This document shows, piece after piece, positions 1 to 9,051 of a stretch of 64,000 nt of DNA. The position numbers were made by a program, and so were the translations under genes. The stretch is from contig JBBSXN010000005.1 of assembly GCA_038045765.1 (NCBI GenBank), positions 136,218 through 200,217 on the forward strand. The letters are read 5' to 3'. Below the pieces are notes generated by a model. The model was not told the DNA's origin, did not search any database, and was given only the letters and a program-made list of their open reading frames with translations. Origin of the DNA: Nanobdellota archaeon. GTDB taxonomy: Archaea; Nanobdellota; Nanobdellia; Pacearchaeales; GW2011-AR1. Position 1 is the first letter of the stretch. Each line of letters starts with the position of its first letter.

Positions 1-85
1 TGATGGAAATGGGAATAAGATTTCATCAAATTAGTATAATCTCTAGAGCAAAAAGATTTATAAACAATTGATTATTCTTTTGAAG

Positions 86-706
86 ATGGTGATGAATAAG
101 AGAGGAGCGGAAGCTGATTTAGGTTCAACTCTTTCCGTTATAGTTATTATAATTTTGAGTTTACTAGTTATCGGTGGCGCTGTTTATATGGTTGGACAAT
201 CTAATAAAGCGGTTTTCTCTCAAGCTCCTGATGATGTTAGTGCAATAGCTGCTTTTTGTAAAGGTGTTGCTGATGTTGATGCTGGTGCTGCTGCTGATTT
301 ATTACAGAGCCCTTATTGTAATCAAGCTAGAGAAGTTAATTATAAGGGATTTTTAGGTTTTATTGGTGGAAGTAAGCAGTTTGTTAATTGTGATTTCGCT
401 AAGGTTAATGGTTGGTTTACTCCTAAAGTAGGTGTAACTGCTCCATCATGTGATCAACAATGGGCATATAAATATTGTAATACTCTAAAAACTACACAAG
501 GTGTTAAGTATAAAGATACTGTAGTGGTAAATGGGCAGACCTGTTTATCTAGAACTGTTCCAGCTGATCCTAAACCTGTTGTTGCTTCTAATACTCCTCC
601 TGCTCCTATTGTGAAAGAACCTACAAATGATGCAGAAGCCGTTAAATTAGGTTTCACCGACTTAGCAGACTATAGGGCTAAGGGCGGAGTTAAGCCTACC
701 GATTAG
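86..706 (+). CDS. exported Cys-containing protein with pilin-like N-terminal signal/anchor
   Basis: Track ORF 68..706 starts on TTG. The first ATG (86) lies ~30 nt after TTTATAAA (53-60). N-terminus MVMNKRG-AEADLGSTLSVIVIIILSLLVIGGAVYMV is a basic K-R-G followed by ~20 hydrophobic residues. The rest is hydrophilic with six Cys and a Pro-rich tail. No family recognised. Confidence 0.5.
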   Translation: MVMNKRGAEADLGSTLSVIVIIILSLLVIGGAVYMVGQSNKAVFSQAPDDVSAIAAFCKGVADVDAGAAADLLQSPYCNQAREVNYKGFLGFIGGSKQFVNCDFAKVNGWFTPKVGVTAPSCDQQWAYKYCNTLKTTQGVKYKDTVVVNGQTCLSRTVPADPKPVVASNTPPAPIVKEPTNDAEAVKLGFTDLADYRAKGGVKPTD

Positions 707-752
707 TTTTTTCTGAAGATTTATAAATAGAGTTTGATTTTGTTTTATTGAT

Positions 753-905
753 ATGGCTGATGAATATGGCTTTAGTGAGAGAAGGAAGAATAAGAATGAT
801 AAACGTGCTAAAGGTAAGTTTAATAGATATAAGACTGGTGGGAAGCATAGAAGTGATGGTTTAGCTCAGGTTTCTGTTAGTAATGAGAATAATAGAAAGA
901 GTTAG
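753..905 (+). CDS. small basic protein (50 aa), hypothetical
   Basis: ATG at 753 about 25 nt after TTATAAATAG (721-730), TAG at 903-905. Translation MADEYGFSERRKNKNDKRAKGKFNRYKTGGKHRSDGLAQVSVSNENNRKS. Below the ORF-track length cutoff; no homology recognised. Confidence 0.25.
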   Translation: MADEYGFSERRKNKNDKRAKGKFNRYKTGGKHRSDGLAQVSVSNENNRKS

Positions 906-1052
906 TGATTCATTAGATTATTTTTAATTTAGGTATAATTGTGATAAAATAATTAGTTATCTATAATACGATATCAATATTGATTTATAAGATAATAGTT
1001 CTTTTTTAATTTTATTTTCTATTATTATGATATCTGTATATTAGTTTATATG

Positions 1053-1073
1053 ATGATTGATATTATCAATCAT
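1053..1073 (-). terminator. perfect 9-bp inverted repeat spanning the stop codon of the AI-2E transporter gene
   Basis: ATGATTGAT-att-ATCAATCAT, in the convergent gap after the transporter gene. Possible transcript-end hairpin. Confidence 0.25.
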
Positions 1074-2049
1074 CCATGGCTTCTTCTAATAGTTTTAGGG
1101 TGTAGATGAGTATAAGTGGACCGATTATAAATCCAAATACACCAAATAGAGTTATTCCTCCAAGAATACCTATAAGCATTATTAGTGGTTGCATTTTAGC
1201 TTGATCACCTAATATCTTTATTCTAAGAAGATTGTCTATGCCTACGCTTATTATTATTCCTATAACTAATGCTCCAATTGCTAGAGAGTATTGTTGTGTA
1301 ATTAGATAGTATAGTGCTACTGGTCCCCAGGCCATGGCTGGTCCGACGCCTGGAATGAATGCAAAGAAGAAGATAAGTGTAGCTAGAAGTAAAGAAATAC
1401 TTACTCCTAATAAACCAAATCCAATCATTGCAACTATTGCTTCAATAAATGCTAATAAGACTGTGCCGTAGACTAATCCCTTTGTTACGTCTCTAATATT
1501 GTTCATTGCTTTATTTTTATCTTTTACAGGAAGAAAGTCAGCTAGTTTAGAAGATAAGATTTCCCAATGAATTAAAATGTAATATATCCCTAAAATTAAT
1601 ATGAATAATGAGATTATGAATGCAGGAATATATGTTATTGAATTGGATAACATGGAGATAAGAAATTCTAATCCCTTTGATTTTATGCCATCTATATCAA
1701 TTTGTAAAGTATCAAATAATTTATAATCTGATATTTTTTCAAGTACTGCGCTTATTTTTTCATCATTTAGGGTAGAGTATGCTTGTTGTGTTATGCCTCC
1801 TAAAAGAACACCGATAGGTATTATTATTAGGATAAGAATGATTAGAACAGATATTATTGCAGATACTCTTTTATTTATTCCTTTAGAATTTAATATAGCA
1901 TAAATTGGTTTTATAAGAAATGCTAGGATAAATGCTGAGACTAAAGCAATTAAGTAAGGTTTTATTATAAAATAGGAGGAGATAAGAAGAAATAGAATGA
2001 CGCCCCAAAAGATGTATTTTCTTAAATCTGTTTTTGTCTCTTTTTGCAT
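1066..2049 (-). CDS. AI-2E (PerM/UPF0118) family membrane transporter
   Basis: 327 aa with about 7-8 hydrophobic spans. Central hydrophilic loop and FIPGVGPAMAWGPVAL-type segment are typical of UPF0118 permeases (recognised by eye). Confidence 0.6.
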   Translation of the reverse strand: MQKETKTDLRKYIFWGVILFLLISSYFIIKPYLIALVSAFILAFLIKPIYAILNSKGINKRVSAIISVLIILILIIIPIGVLLGGITQQAYSTLNDEKISAVLEKISDYKLFDTLQIDIDGIKSKGLEFLISMLSNSITYIPAFIISLFILILGIYYILIHWEILSSKLADFLPVKDKNKAMNNIRDVTKGLVYGTVLLAFIEAIVAMIGFGLLGVSISLLLATLIFFFAFIPGVGPAMAWGPVALYYLITQQYSLAIGALVIGIIISVGIDNLLRIKILGDQAKMQPLIMLIGILGGITLFGVFGFIIGPLILIYTLKLLEEAMDD

Positions 2050-2099
2050 AGAGTAACTAAAGAGAGAAGCTTAATAAATGTTATTTTCTTAAATTTAAT

Positions 2100-2957
2100 A
2101 TGTACGAATATCTCTTTTTATTTGCTGTTGCTTTGATTTGGATGATATTTGCTAGTGTGCAGGATTTGAAGGTTAGGGAAGTTGCTAATTGGCTTAACTT
2201 TTCATTGGTGTCTATTGCTTTAGCTTATAGACTATTTTATTCTATAGGAGTTGAGAATTATACTTTCTTTTTATCTGGAATTTTAGGAGTGTTGGTTTTT
2301 TTCCTAATTTCACAGGCATTTTACTACGGCAAGGTATTTGGAGGAGGAGATGCTAAATTACTTGTAGGTATGGGTGCAGTTTTACCTTTTAATAGTTTGA
2401 ATGAGTTTCTTTTACAAGGGTCTTTCTTTTTGTTATTGTTATTTTCTGTTGGTGCAGTTTACAGCTTAATTGCGAGTGTTGTATTTGCTTTTAAGAATAA
2501 AAATAAGTTTTTTAAGAGTTTTATGAAGTTTTTTAAGGAATTTGATTGGAGGTTTTATGGGCTTCTGTTTCTGTTTGTTTTTGGAATTGTTAGTTATGGA
2601 TATAAAGTAAGTTATGGCCTTATTTTTGCAGCAGTTTTATTAACATTAGCTCTTCTTTTTATTTACCTAAGAGCAGTTGATAAATCTTGTATGTTAGTTT
2701 ATGTTAAACCTAGAGATTTGAGAGAGGGAGATTGGATTGGTGAAGAGATAGTCATAAAAGGTAAAGAAATAGGAAATAGCGTTCATGGGTTGAGCTTGGA
2801 AGAGATAAAGAAATTGCTTAAACGTGGAAAGAGTGTTTTGATAAAGCAAGGAGTTCCATTTGTTCCTGTTTTCCTTATAGCATATATTATTACGCTATTC
2901 TTCTTTTTTTTGGAGGCAGATATTCTATCTCTTTTTCTTCGACTTTTTCAACTTTGA
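2100..2957 (+). CDS. A24-family prepilin/preflagellin aspartyl peptidase (PibD/FlaK-like)
   Basis: Polytopic membrane protein. First Asp lies in ASVQDLKVREVANW and the second in the GxGD-type motif FGGGDAKLLVGMG. Carries an extra C-terminal soluble extension. Confidence 0.7.
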   Translation: MYEYLFLFAVALIWMIFASVQDLKVREVANWLNFSLVSIALAYRLFYSIGVENYTFFLSGILGVLVFFLISQAFYYGKVFGGGDAKLLVGMGAVLPFNSLNEFLLQGSFFLLLLFSVGAVYSLIASVVFAFKNKNKFFKSFMKFFKEFDWRFYGLLFLFVFGIVSYGYKVSYGLIFAAVLLTLALLFIYLRAVDKSCMLVYVKPRDLREGDWIGEEIVIKGKEIGNSVHGLSLEEIKKLLKRGKSVLIKQGVPFVPVFLIAYIITLFFFFLEADILSLFLRLFQL

Positions 2958-3504
2958 TAGCTGGCTTTTTTTCAGGCCTTATTTTTTCAGCTACTTTTTC
3001 TAGATCTTCAGGAGAGGATTCTTTTCTTTCTGAGTGTAATGTTAAAGGTTCTTCATAACTAGGGATTATATGAATAATGTATTCTCCAAATTTCTTTTCT
3101 GTTTGAATTTCTACTGAAGAGGCATTAAGCTTTTTTTCTATTCTTTCAGCTATGCTTTGTGCAAGTATAAATGCTTCTGGAGAGATTTCTTTTGAAGTTG
3201 CAGAGAGTTTTTTAGGTATTACAATTGTATGGCCTTTTGAAATTGGGTTTATGTCTAGAACTGCTAGGGCTGATGGATTTTCTTCTATTTTAGTTGAAGA
3301 GATGTCTCCTGAAATTATCATTCTAAATATTGATTGTTTTGACTTTCCAGATGAAGTTTGCTCTTTTAACATATATTCAAGTGCATCTGGAGATAGAGAA
3401 TCTATCTGTTGTTGTGCTGCTTGTTTCTTTTCTGCTGGTAAGTTTTGAATTTGTTGAGACAATTGGAATTTGAGTTCTTTTATTTGTTCTTGTGTTAATG
3501 ACAT
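2890..3504 (-). CDS. HIT-like domain protein with degenerate histidine triad
   Basis: NPSALAVLDINPISKGHTIVIPKK matches the HIT-fold core, but the triad position reads EYIIHIIP (one His instead of HxHxH). Long charged N- and C-terminal extensions. The 3' end overlaps the convergent peptidase gene by ~68 nt. Confidence 0.5.
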   Translation of the reverse strand: MSLTQEQIKELKFQLSQQIQNLPAEKKQAAQQQIDSLSPDALEYMLKEQTSSGKSKQSIFRMIISGDISSTKIEENPSALAVLDINPISKGHTIVIPKKLSATSKEISPEAFILAQSIAERIEKKLNASSVEIQTEKKFGEYIIHIIPSYEEPLTLHSERKESSPEDLEKVAEKIRPEKKPAIKVEKVEEKEIEYLPPKKRRIA

Positions 3505-3544
3505 ATTAGTCTATGGGAAAATAGGTTTTTTATAGATTTAGGTT

Positions 3545-3817
3545 CTATCCGAAGGCTCTTCTATATTCTTCAATTGTAACTGAGGAAACTTCTGGGATGT
3601 TGGCTAGAAGGGATTCTACTGTATCTGTGCCTTTTTCCTCAGGCATATCCATCTTGATTATAACTGCTTTTAGACCAAAAGCAATAGGTCTTTCTTCAAA
3701 AGAGACATTTCTTGCTCCTTCTTTGTTTAGAATTACTGATGCATGATTTATTATCTTTGATAGATCTGCTTCAGGTGATGAAGGCATTAATTTTGTTACT
3801 ATAATTACTGTAGCCAT
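3545..3817 (-). CDS. ef1b: translation elongation factor aEF-1 beta
   Basis: 90 aa. MATVIIVTKLMPSSPEADL...FGLKAVIIKMDMPEEKGTDTVE...IPEVSSVTIEEYRR matches the archaeal EF-1beta length and pattern. Confidence 0.8.
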   Translation of the reverse strand: MATVIIVTKLMPSSPEADLSKIINHASVILNKEGARNVSFEERPIAFGLKAVIIKMDMPEEKGTDTVESLLANIPEVSSVTIEEYRRAFG

Positions 3818-3854
3818 CCTTGTTTTTATTTAGGACGGTTTATAAGTGTTTTGA

Positions 3855-4067
3855 TTATTTGCTTTTCTTCTTAGATTGTTTTTCATTCCAAATCATTCCG
3901 ACTAAAGCTAAAAGTGTAGGAATTAGTCCTTGGATTACATGTTCGTAATGTTCTGTTTCTTCTTCTACTCCAGTTATAGCTCCATGTGCTGCATGAGGGA
4001 GGAACATCCATAATAATCCTAGAAATAGGACTATTGTACAAATCCAGTATAATTTTTTAGAAAACAT
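3855..4067 (-). CDS. small membrane protein (2 TM), hypothetical
   Basis: 70 aa with two hydrophobic helices and a basic tail KQSKKKSK. Confidence 0.35.
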   Translation of the reverse strand: MFSKKLYWICTIVLFLGLLWMFLPHAAHGAITGVEEETEHYEHVIQGLIPTLLALVGMIWNEKQSKKKSK

Positions 4068-4097
4068 TAAAAAAAATAAAAATAAAAATTGGCAGAT

Positions 4098-4445
4098 TTA
4101 TTTATCTGCTGAGTAATACACGCCTAGTGCCACTACTCCAATTGCTAAGTGTAACCAAGTTGTAGCCATGTTTACATTTAATAGAGTGCCCAATAGAGCT
4201 GCTGTATAAGGTACGAAACCTAGAACTGCAAGAACTATTCCAATCCATCCAATTGATGAGTTGTAACCTGGACCCATTCCTTTAGTACCTACGTAGATAC
4301 CAAAGATACCAGCGATGACGTGTAAGACGCTTTGTGCTGCGTTTACTCCGATGCCTAATATGGAATCAGTAAAGAATCCCCAGACACCTACAAGAAGTAA
4401 AACAATACCTAGCACTAATGCGAAAGTCTTTTGTGTGTTTGCCAT
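4098..4445 (-). CDS. membrane protein (4 TM), hypothetical
   Basis: 115 aa with four Gly-rich hydrophobic helices. Confidence 0.45.
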   Translation of the reverse strand: MANTQKTFALVLGIVLLLVGVWGFFTDSILGIGVNAAQSVLHVIAGIFGIYVGTKGMGPGYNSSIGWIGIVLAVLGFVPYTAALLGTLLNVNMATTWLHLAIGVVALGVYYSADK

Positions 4446-4569
4446 TTTTTACCTCCTTTCATTAGATACAATAATCTATATTCTATACTAGGTTTTAGAG
4501 TATATAAATCTTTTTTAGAAAGTTAGGAGTATTATGCTGAAGAGGCATAATGCTTTTATAGTGTAGTTG

Positions 4570-5520
4570 ATGAAAAAGAGAATGGTGGACACATATATTC
4601 AACTGATTGATAGGATTGCTTTAGCTGCTGGATTACCTAAGGAAGATATTGAGAGAAAGATTGAAGCTAAAAGAGCTAAGTTATCTGGGCTTGTAAGCAA
4701 AGAAGGAGCTGCACAGATTGTTGCGGCTGAGCTAGGAATAAATTTTGAAAAAGAGAAATTGAAGATAAGCGAATTGTTACAAGGAATGAAGAGAGCAAAT
4801 GTTATTGCTAAGGTTATTGGTGTAGGAGCAGTTAGAGAGTTTAACAAAAATGGAAGAGAGGGGAAGGTTGCTAATTTAGTTTTAGCAGATGATAGTGGAA
4901 ATATCAAGACAGTTCTTTGGGATACTAATCATATTTCCTTAGTTGAGAAGGGAGAAGTCAAAGAAGGAGATGTTATAGAGATAAGTAATGGAAATATAAG
5001 AAATGGAGAACTTCATTTAGGAAGCTTTTCAGATATAAAAAAGAGTAAAGAAAAGATTGCAAATGTGCAGAGTGAGAAAGCATTTGAAAACAGGAAGCTT
5101 AATGATGCTAAATCAGGACAGAGTTTGAAGACAAGAGCATTTATTGTACAGATATTTGATCCTAGATATTTTGAAGTGTGCAAAGAGTGTGGAAAGAGAG
5201 TTGTTGAAGGAGAGTGTGCAAATCATGGTAAAACTGAGAGTGAGAAACGAGCTTTGTTGACCTTAGTTTTGGATGATGGAAATGAAAGTTTGAAAGCTGT
5301 CTTGTTTAAAGAACAGATAAAGATGCTAGGTATAAGTGAGGAAGAGGTAATGGCTATTGAAAATTTTGGAAGTGTTAAAAGTAAATATCTTGGTGAAGAA
5401 TTAGTATTTTCTGGAAGTATGAGAAGCAATCAATTATACAATACTAATGAAATGATGATTGAGAAGATTGAAAAGGTTATTACTGAAGAAATTATTAATT
5501 CTTTTCAGAAAACTGTTTAG
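4570..5520 (+). CDS. rpa: replication protein A-like ssDNA-binding protein (OB fold + Zn ribbon)
   Basis: Track start 4567 is TTG; ATG at 4570. The N-terminal segment GLVSKEGAAQIVAAELGINF is typical of archaeal RPA. OB-fold region (VIAKVIGV...GKVANLVLADDSGNIKTVLWD) and CKECGKRVVEGECANHG zinc ribbon. Confidence 0.7.
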   Translation: MKKRMVDTYIQLIDRIALAAGLPKEDIERKIEAKRAKLSGLVSKEGAAQIVAAELGINFEKEKLKISELLQGMKRANVIAKVIGVGAVREFNKNGREGKVANLVLADDSGNIKTVLWDTNHISLVEKGEVKEGDVIEISNGNIRNGELHLGSFSDIKKSKEKIANVQSEKAFENRKLNDAKSGQSLKTRAFIVQIFDPRYFEVCKECGKRVVEGECANHGKTESEKRALLTLVLDDGNESLKAVLFKEQIKMLGISEEEVMAIENFGSVKSKYLGEELVFSGSMRSNQLYNTNEMMIEKIEKVITEEIINSFQKTV

Positions 5521-5531
5521 TTTTTAATGAA

Positions 5532-5563
5532 CTAAAATACACTTTAGTGAAAGTGTATTTTAG
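5532..5563 (+). terminator. perfect 14-bp stem hairpin between RPA and radA
   Basis: CTAAAATACACTTT-agtg-AAAGTGTATTTTAG, 12 nt after the RPA stop and preceded by TTTTT. Confidence 0.35.
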
Positions 5564-5605
5564 AGTGCTGAAATATTTATATACTGGGTGAGAGGTATTT
5601 TTTAT

Positions 5606-6607
5606 ATGGCTAAGAAAGAAGAAGGTGAAAGCGAAAAGAAAGAAGAGAGTGATGGTCAGAAGTTAACTGATATTCCAGGTATTGGTCCAGGGATTGCGGT
5701 AAAATTAGAGGCTGCTGGTGTTTATGATTTAATGGGTTTAGCTGTTTTAAGTCCTAGTGCTTTATCTGAAATGGCTGGAGTTGGTGAAGCCGTTGCTAGA
5801 AAGGCTATTCAAGCTGCAAGAAGTATGATGAAGCTTGGTTTTGTTTCTGGAGATGAATTTGCAGAGCAAAGAAAAAATGTTCTTTATATTACTACAGGAA
5901 GTGCTAATTTGAATAATCTCTTGGGAGGAAAAGGTGTGGAAACTAAATCAATGACTGAGGCTTATGGGGCTTTCGGTTCTGGTAAAACGCAGTTAGGTTT
6001 GACTTTAGCTGTTAATGCTCAGATGCCTATTGAACAGGGCGGAGCAAATGGTAAAAGCGTGTGGATTGATACTGAAGGAACTTTTAGACCTGAGAGAATA
6101 AGGCAGATTGCTGAAGGTATTGGAGCAAATCCTGATAAAGTTTTAAAAAATATTTTAGTTGCAAGAGCTTTTAATTCAGATCATCAAATACTTCTTATTG
6201 ATAAGATAAATGAAATGATTAAAGATGGAGAGCCTATTAGGTTAGTTATTATAGATTCTTTAACTGCACATTTTAGAGCAGAATTTGCAGGAAGAGGACA
6301 GTTAGCTGATAGACAGCAAAAGTTGAATAAGTATTTACACAATTTGATTAAAATGGCCGAACAGCATAACATTGCAGTTTATGTTACTAACCAAGTTATG
6401 GCTAATCCTGCAATGATGTTTGGAGATCCAACTACAGCTATTGGTGGGAATATTGTTGGTCACGCATCTACTTATAGAATGTATTTGAGAAGAGGAAAAC
6501 AAGGAAGCAGAGTGGCAAAACTTATTGACTCACCTAACTTACCAGATAATGAATGTCAGTTTTATGTAACTATTAAAGGTGTTAGAGATGAAGAAGAAGC
6601 AGAATAA
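5606..6607 (+). CDS. radA: DNA repair and recombination protein RadA
   Basis: Track start 5588 is GTG; ATG 5606 lies ~30 nt after TATTTATATA. HhH N-domain (LTDIPGIGPGIAVKLEAAG), Walker A GAFGSGKTQ, and VIDSL...YVTNQV as in RecA/Rad51. Confidence 0.95.
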   Translation: MAKKEEGESEKKEESDGQKLTDIPGIGPGIAVKLEAAGVYDLMGLAVLSPSALSEMAGVGEAVARKAIQAARSMMKLGFVSGDEFAEQRKNVLYITTGSANLNNLLGGKGVETKSMTEAYGAFGSGKTQLGLTLAVNAQMPIEQGGANGKSVWIDTEGTFRPERIRQIAEGIGANPDKVLKNILVARAFNSDHQILLIDKINEMIKDGEPIRLVIIDSLTAHFRAEFAGRGQLADRQQKLNKYLHNLIKMAEQHNIAVYVTNQVMANPAMMFGDPTTAIGGNIVGHASTYRMYLRRGKQGSRVAKLIDSPNLPDNECQFYVTIKGVRDEEEAE

Positions 6608-6622
6608 GTCCAACTTAAGAGT

Positions 6623-7414
6623 TTAATTTTTTAAGCCAAAAGAACAGAATTTATTTTCATTACAAAGAGATCCATTTATATCGAGCCAGTAATCAAATTT
6701 TACAATAGACATTAAACTAGGGATCCTAATATCTATTTTATCTGAAGGAAGAGGACCTCTAAAATTATATCCTAATTTGAATTTTTTCACAGCTTCTTCA
6801 AGAAGAGATGCATTTTCTTCATTTCCAACTAAAGCAATAATGCCAGGATTTTGTGCAATAGAAATTTTTGATCGACCAAAGTATTTTCTAGATAAATTTG
6901 GAACAAATCTTATATCTCTATCTTCGCTGTGTAAAATTCCATTTTTATCTTGTGAAACTATTTGCCTATTTAGATTTTTTTCCATATCTATTACTTCTTT
7001 TGTATTTGTTTCAAAATAAGGGTTAGAGGGATAGTCTCTTCCAAGTAAAGAGATAATCTCTTTTCCAGGTTTATCAATAACATAAAAACCTTTTGGAGTC
7101 CAGACAGTTAATGTATTTCCAGTTATAGAATAATTATTAAGACTCTCAATAACTGGTTGTAAATCTTTATTTTTTATATTAATGACTGCAAATGATACGA
7201 GCCTCGCTATATCTGAAAATAGAGTTGTTTGCAATGATTTTTCTTCCCCAAATAGTTCATTGCTTATCTGAGTGGAGTCCACTATATCGTCTTTTTTCCA
7301 GTATCGTAGCCCTATCGGTTTTATGCCACCTATAGTAGCGTTTTTCCAGTGTAGTGGCCCTTTCGGTTTCAAGTCATAGATTATATTTCCATCTCGAAAT
7401 ATATTTTTTTCCAT
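6623..7414 (-). CDS. hypothetical protein (263 aa), translationally coupled to the upstream ORF
   Basis: Long clean ORF. ATG at 7414 shares one nt with the upstream TAA (TAATG); an alternative ATG at 7435 gives the track's 270 aa. No family recognised. Confidence 0.5.
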   Translation of the reverse strand: MEKNIFRDGNIIYDLKPKGPLHWKNATIGGIKPIGLRYWKKDDIVDSTQISNELFGEEKSLQTTLFSDIARLVSFAVINIKNKDLQPVIESLNNYSITGNTLTVWTPKGFYVIDKPGKEIISLLGRDYPSNPYFETNTKEVIDMEKNLNRQIVSQDKNGILHSEDRDIRFVPNLSRKYFGRSKISIAQNPGIIALVGNEENASLLEEAVKKFKLGYNFRGPLPSDKIDIRIPSLMSIVKFDYWLDINGSLCNENKFCSFGLKN

Positions 7415-8199
7415 TATATTTTTACACCAAACCATTTTCCAACAGATTCATCTTCTTTAGTAAGTTCTTTTTCTCCACCTAATTGAGAAAAAGCTAAACC
7501 TATGATATAAGATGTAGCAATTTGTCCTGCAATACCAAGTTTCATTATTTCTTCTTCTGATGTTTCAATTCCTCTTTCAATAAGCACAGCCTTTGCATCT
7601 TTAAGATTCTTAGGAATCCATTCACTTTGCAGATAGAAGGCAGGAAGTTCTTCTTTTAATTTTCTTAATCTATCAGTTAAATATCCTGCAGAATTAATAA
7701 ATGGCCATCCTGTAAATGGCAACCCTGGAAAAACAAGATTTCCCCTAATTTCAGGGCGCATAGCCATATCTTCATTATTTTGCATAGTATACCAGTCAGT
7801 AACAATACGAGATAAAGGTCTAAGAGAAGAGTTCTCGCAAAACCTCACACGAGGTTCATCCTCTCTCCAAGGTGTTCTGGATGATTCATAAACATGTGTT
7901 AGATAAGCCTCTCTGCTATAGCCAAAACTGCCCATTACTTTAATGCTAAACTCTTTTATTTCATTGAAATCAATTCCAAGAATATCAGTATTAACAAAGG
8001 CTCCTGAATAATTAATATAGTCTTCATCATACCGCTTTCTAAATAAATCCATAAAACAATCACTTAACGCTTTTGATACTATAGTCCCATCACGGCTAAT
8101 ACCTCCATCTCCATGTTTGATAAGAGAATTTTTCTGCCTATCTCTAGCTATATATCCTGCATTTATATTTCCTAAAGGTCTTTCTTGTTTATTTTCCAT
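7414..8199 (-). CDS. hypothetical protein (261 aa)
   Basis: Long clean ORF, divergent from the TrmB-like regulator gene. No motif recognised. Confidence 0.5.
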   Translation of the reverse strand: MENKQERPLGNINAGYIARDRQKNSLIKHGDGGISRDGTIVSKALSDCFMDLFRKRYDEDYINYSGAFVNTDILGIDFNEIKEFSIKVMGSFGYSREAYLTHVYESSRTPWREDEPRVRFCENSSLRPLSRIVTDWYTMQNNEDMAMRPEIRGNLVFPGLPFTGWPFINSAGYLTDRLRKLKEELPAFYLQSEWIPKNLKDAKAVLIERGIETSEEEIMKLGIAGQIATSYIIGLAFSQLGGEKELTKEDESVGKWFGVKI

Positions 8200-8292
8200 A
8201 GAATTCCTGCAAAAAGTAGATACTTAAAGTCTTGTCGTACAATAAAAAACGACAGTAGTAAAGATTAAAAATGAGGGTTTGTTTGATTATTC

Positions 8293-9027
8293 ATGGCAGA
8301 TGTACAGGAAATATTACGGAAGATTGGTCTTACTAATAATGAGATTTCTGTTTATTTGACTTTGCTTAGGATGGGTCCTTCAATTGTCTCTGATGTGGCT
8401 AAGAGTGCTGGATTGTATAGGCCTTACACTTATGATAATTTGAAGAAATTGCTTGAGAAAGGACTAGTTTCTTTTATAGTAAAAGATGGGAAAAATGTCT
8501 TTTCTGCTGTTGAACCTGAGAATTTGGTTGATGTACAGAAAAATAGACTTGAAGAGGTTAAGAGTATTTTACCTGAATTAAATAGTCTTAGTAGTAGTGT
8601 TAAGAATGAAGCTAAGGCAGAATTTTATCTCGGAAGTCAGGTTGTTAGAGTAGTTGTGGGAGATGTTTTTAGAACTTTAAAGAAAAAAGGTGGAGAGGCA
8701 TTAATAATTGGAGTTGATGAGAAGAAATTTATGGAAGCTGATGAATTGGCTATGCATAGATATTTCGAGGATATGAAGAAGAGTGGATTAAAGGAGAAAG
8801 TACTTGTAAGAGAAGGAGATAATTATTTACCTGCTCCAAGAAAGACAACCACTTATCGTTTTCTCTCTAAAGAGTTTTTTGAGCCTACTTCTACTATGAT
8901 TTATGGAAATAAAGTTGCGATTATTATATTTAGCCAACCTCTTCATGGAATTGTTATAGAAAATGAAGCACTGGCTAAAACATATAGAAAACAGTTTAAT
9001 GCTTTGTGGAAGATTGCTAAAGTTTAA
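8293..9027 (+). CDS. TrmB-family transcriptional regulator
   Basis: N-terminal wHTH LGLTNNEISVYLTLLRMGPSIVSDVAKSAGLYRPYTYDNLKKLLEKGLVS, followed by a coiled segment and a C-terminal effector-type domain. Confidence 0.75.
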   Translation: MADVQEILRKIGLTNNEISVYLTLLRMGPSIVSDVAKSAGLYRPYTYDNLKKLLEKGLVSFIVKDGKNVFSAVEPENLVDVQKNRLEEVKSILPELNSLSSSVKNEAKAEFYLGSQVVRVVVGDVFRTLKKKGGEALIIGVDEKKFMEADELAMHRYFEDMKKSGLKEKVLVREGDNYLPAPRKTTTYRFLSKEFFEPTSTMIYGNKVAIIIFSQPLHGIVIENEALAKTYRKQFNALWKIAKV

Positions 9028-9051
9028 ATCAGTTATTTTCTTCTTTAATTT

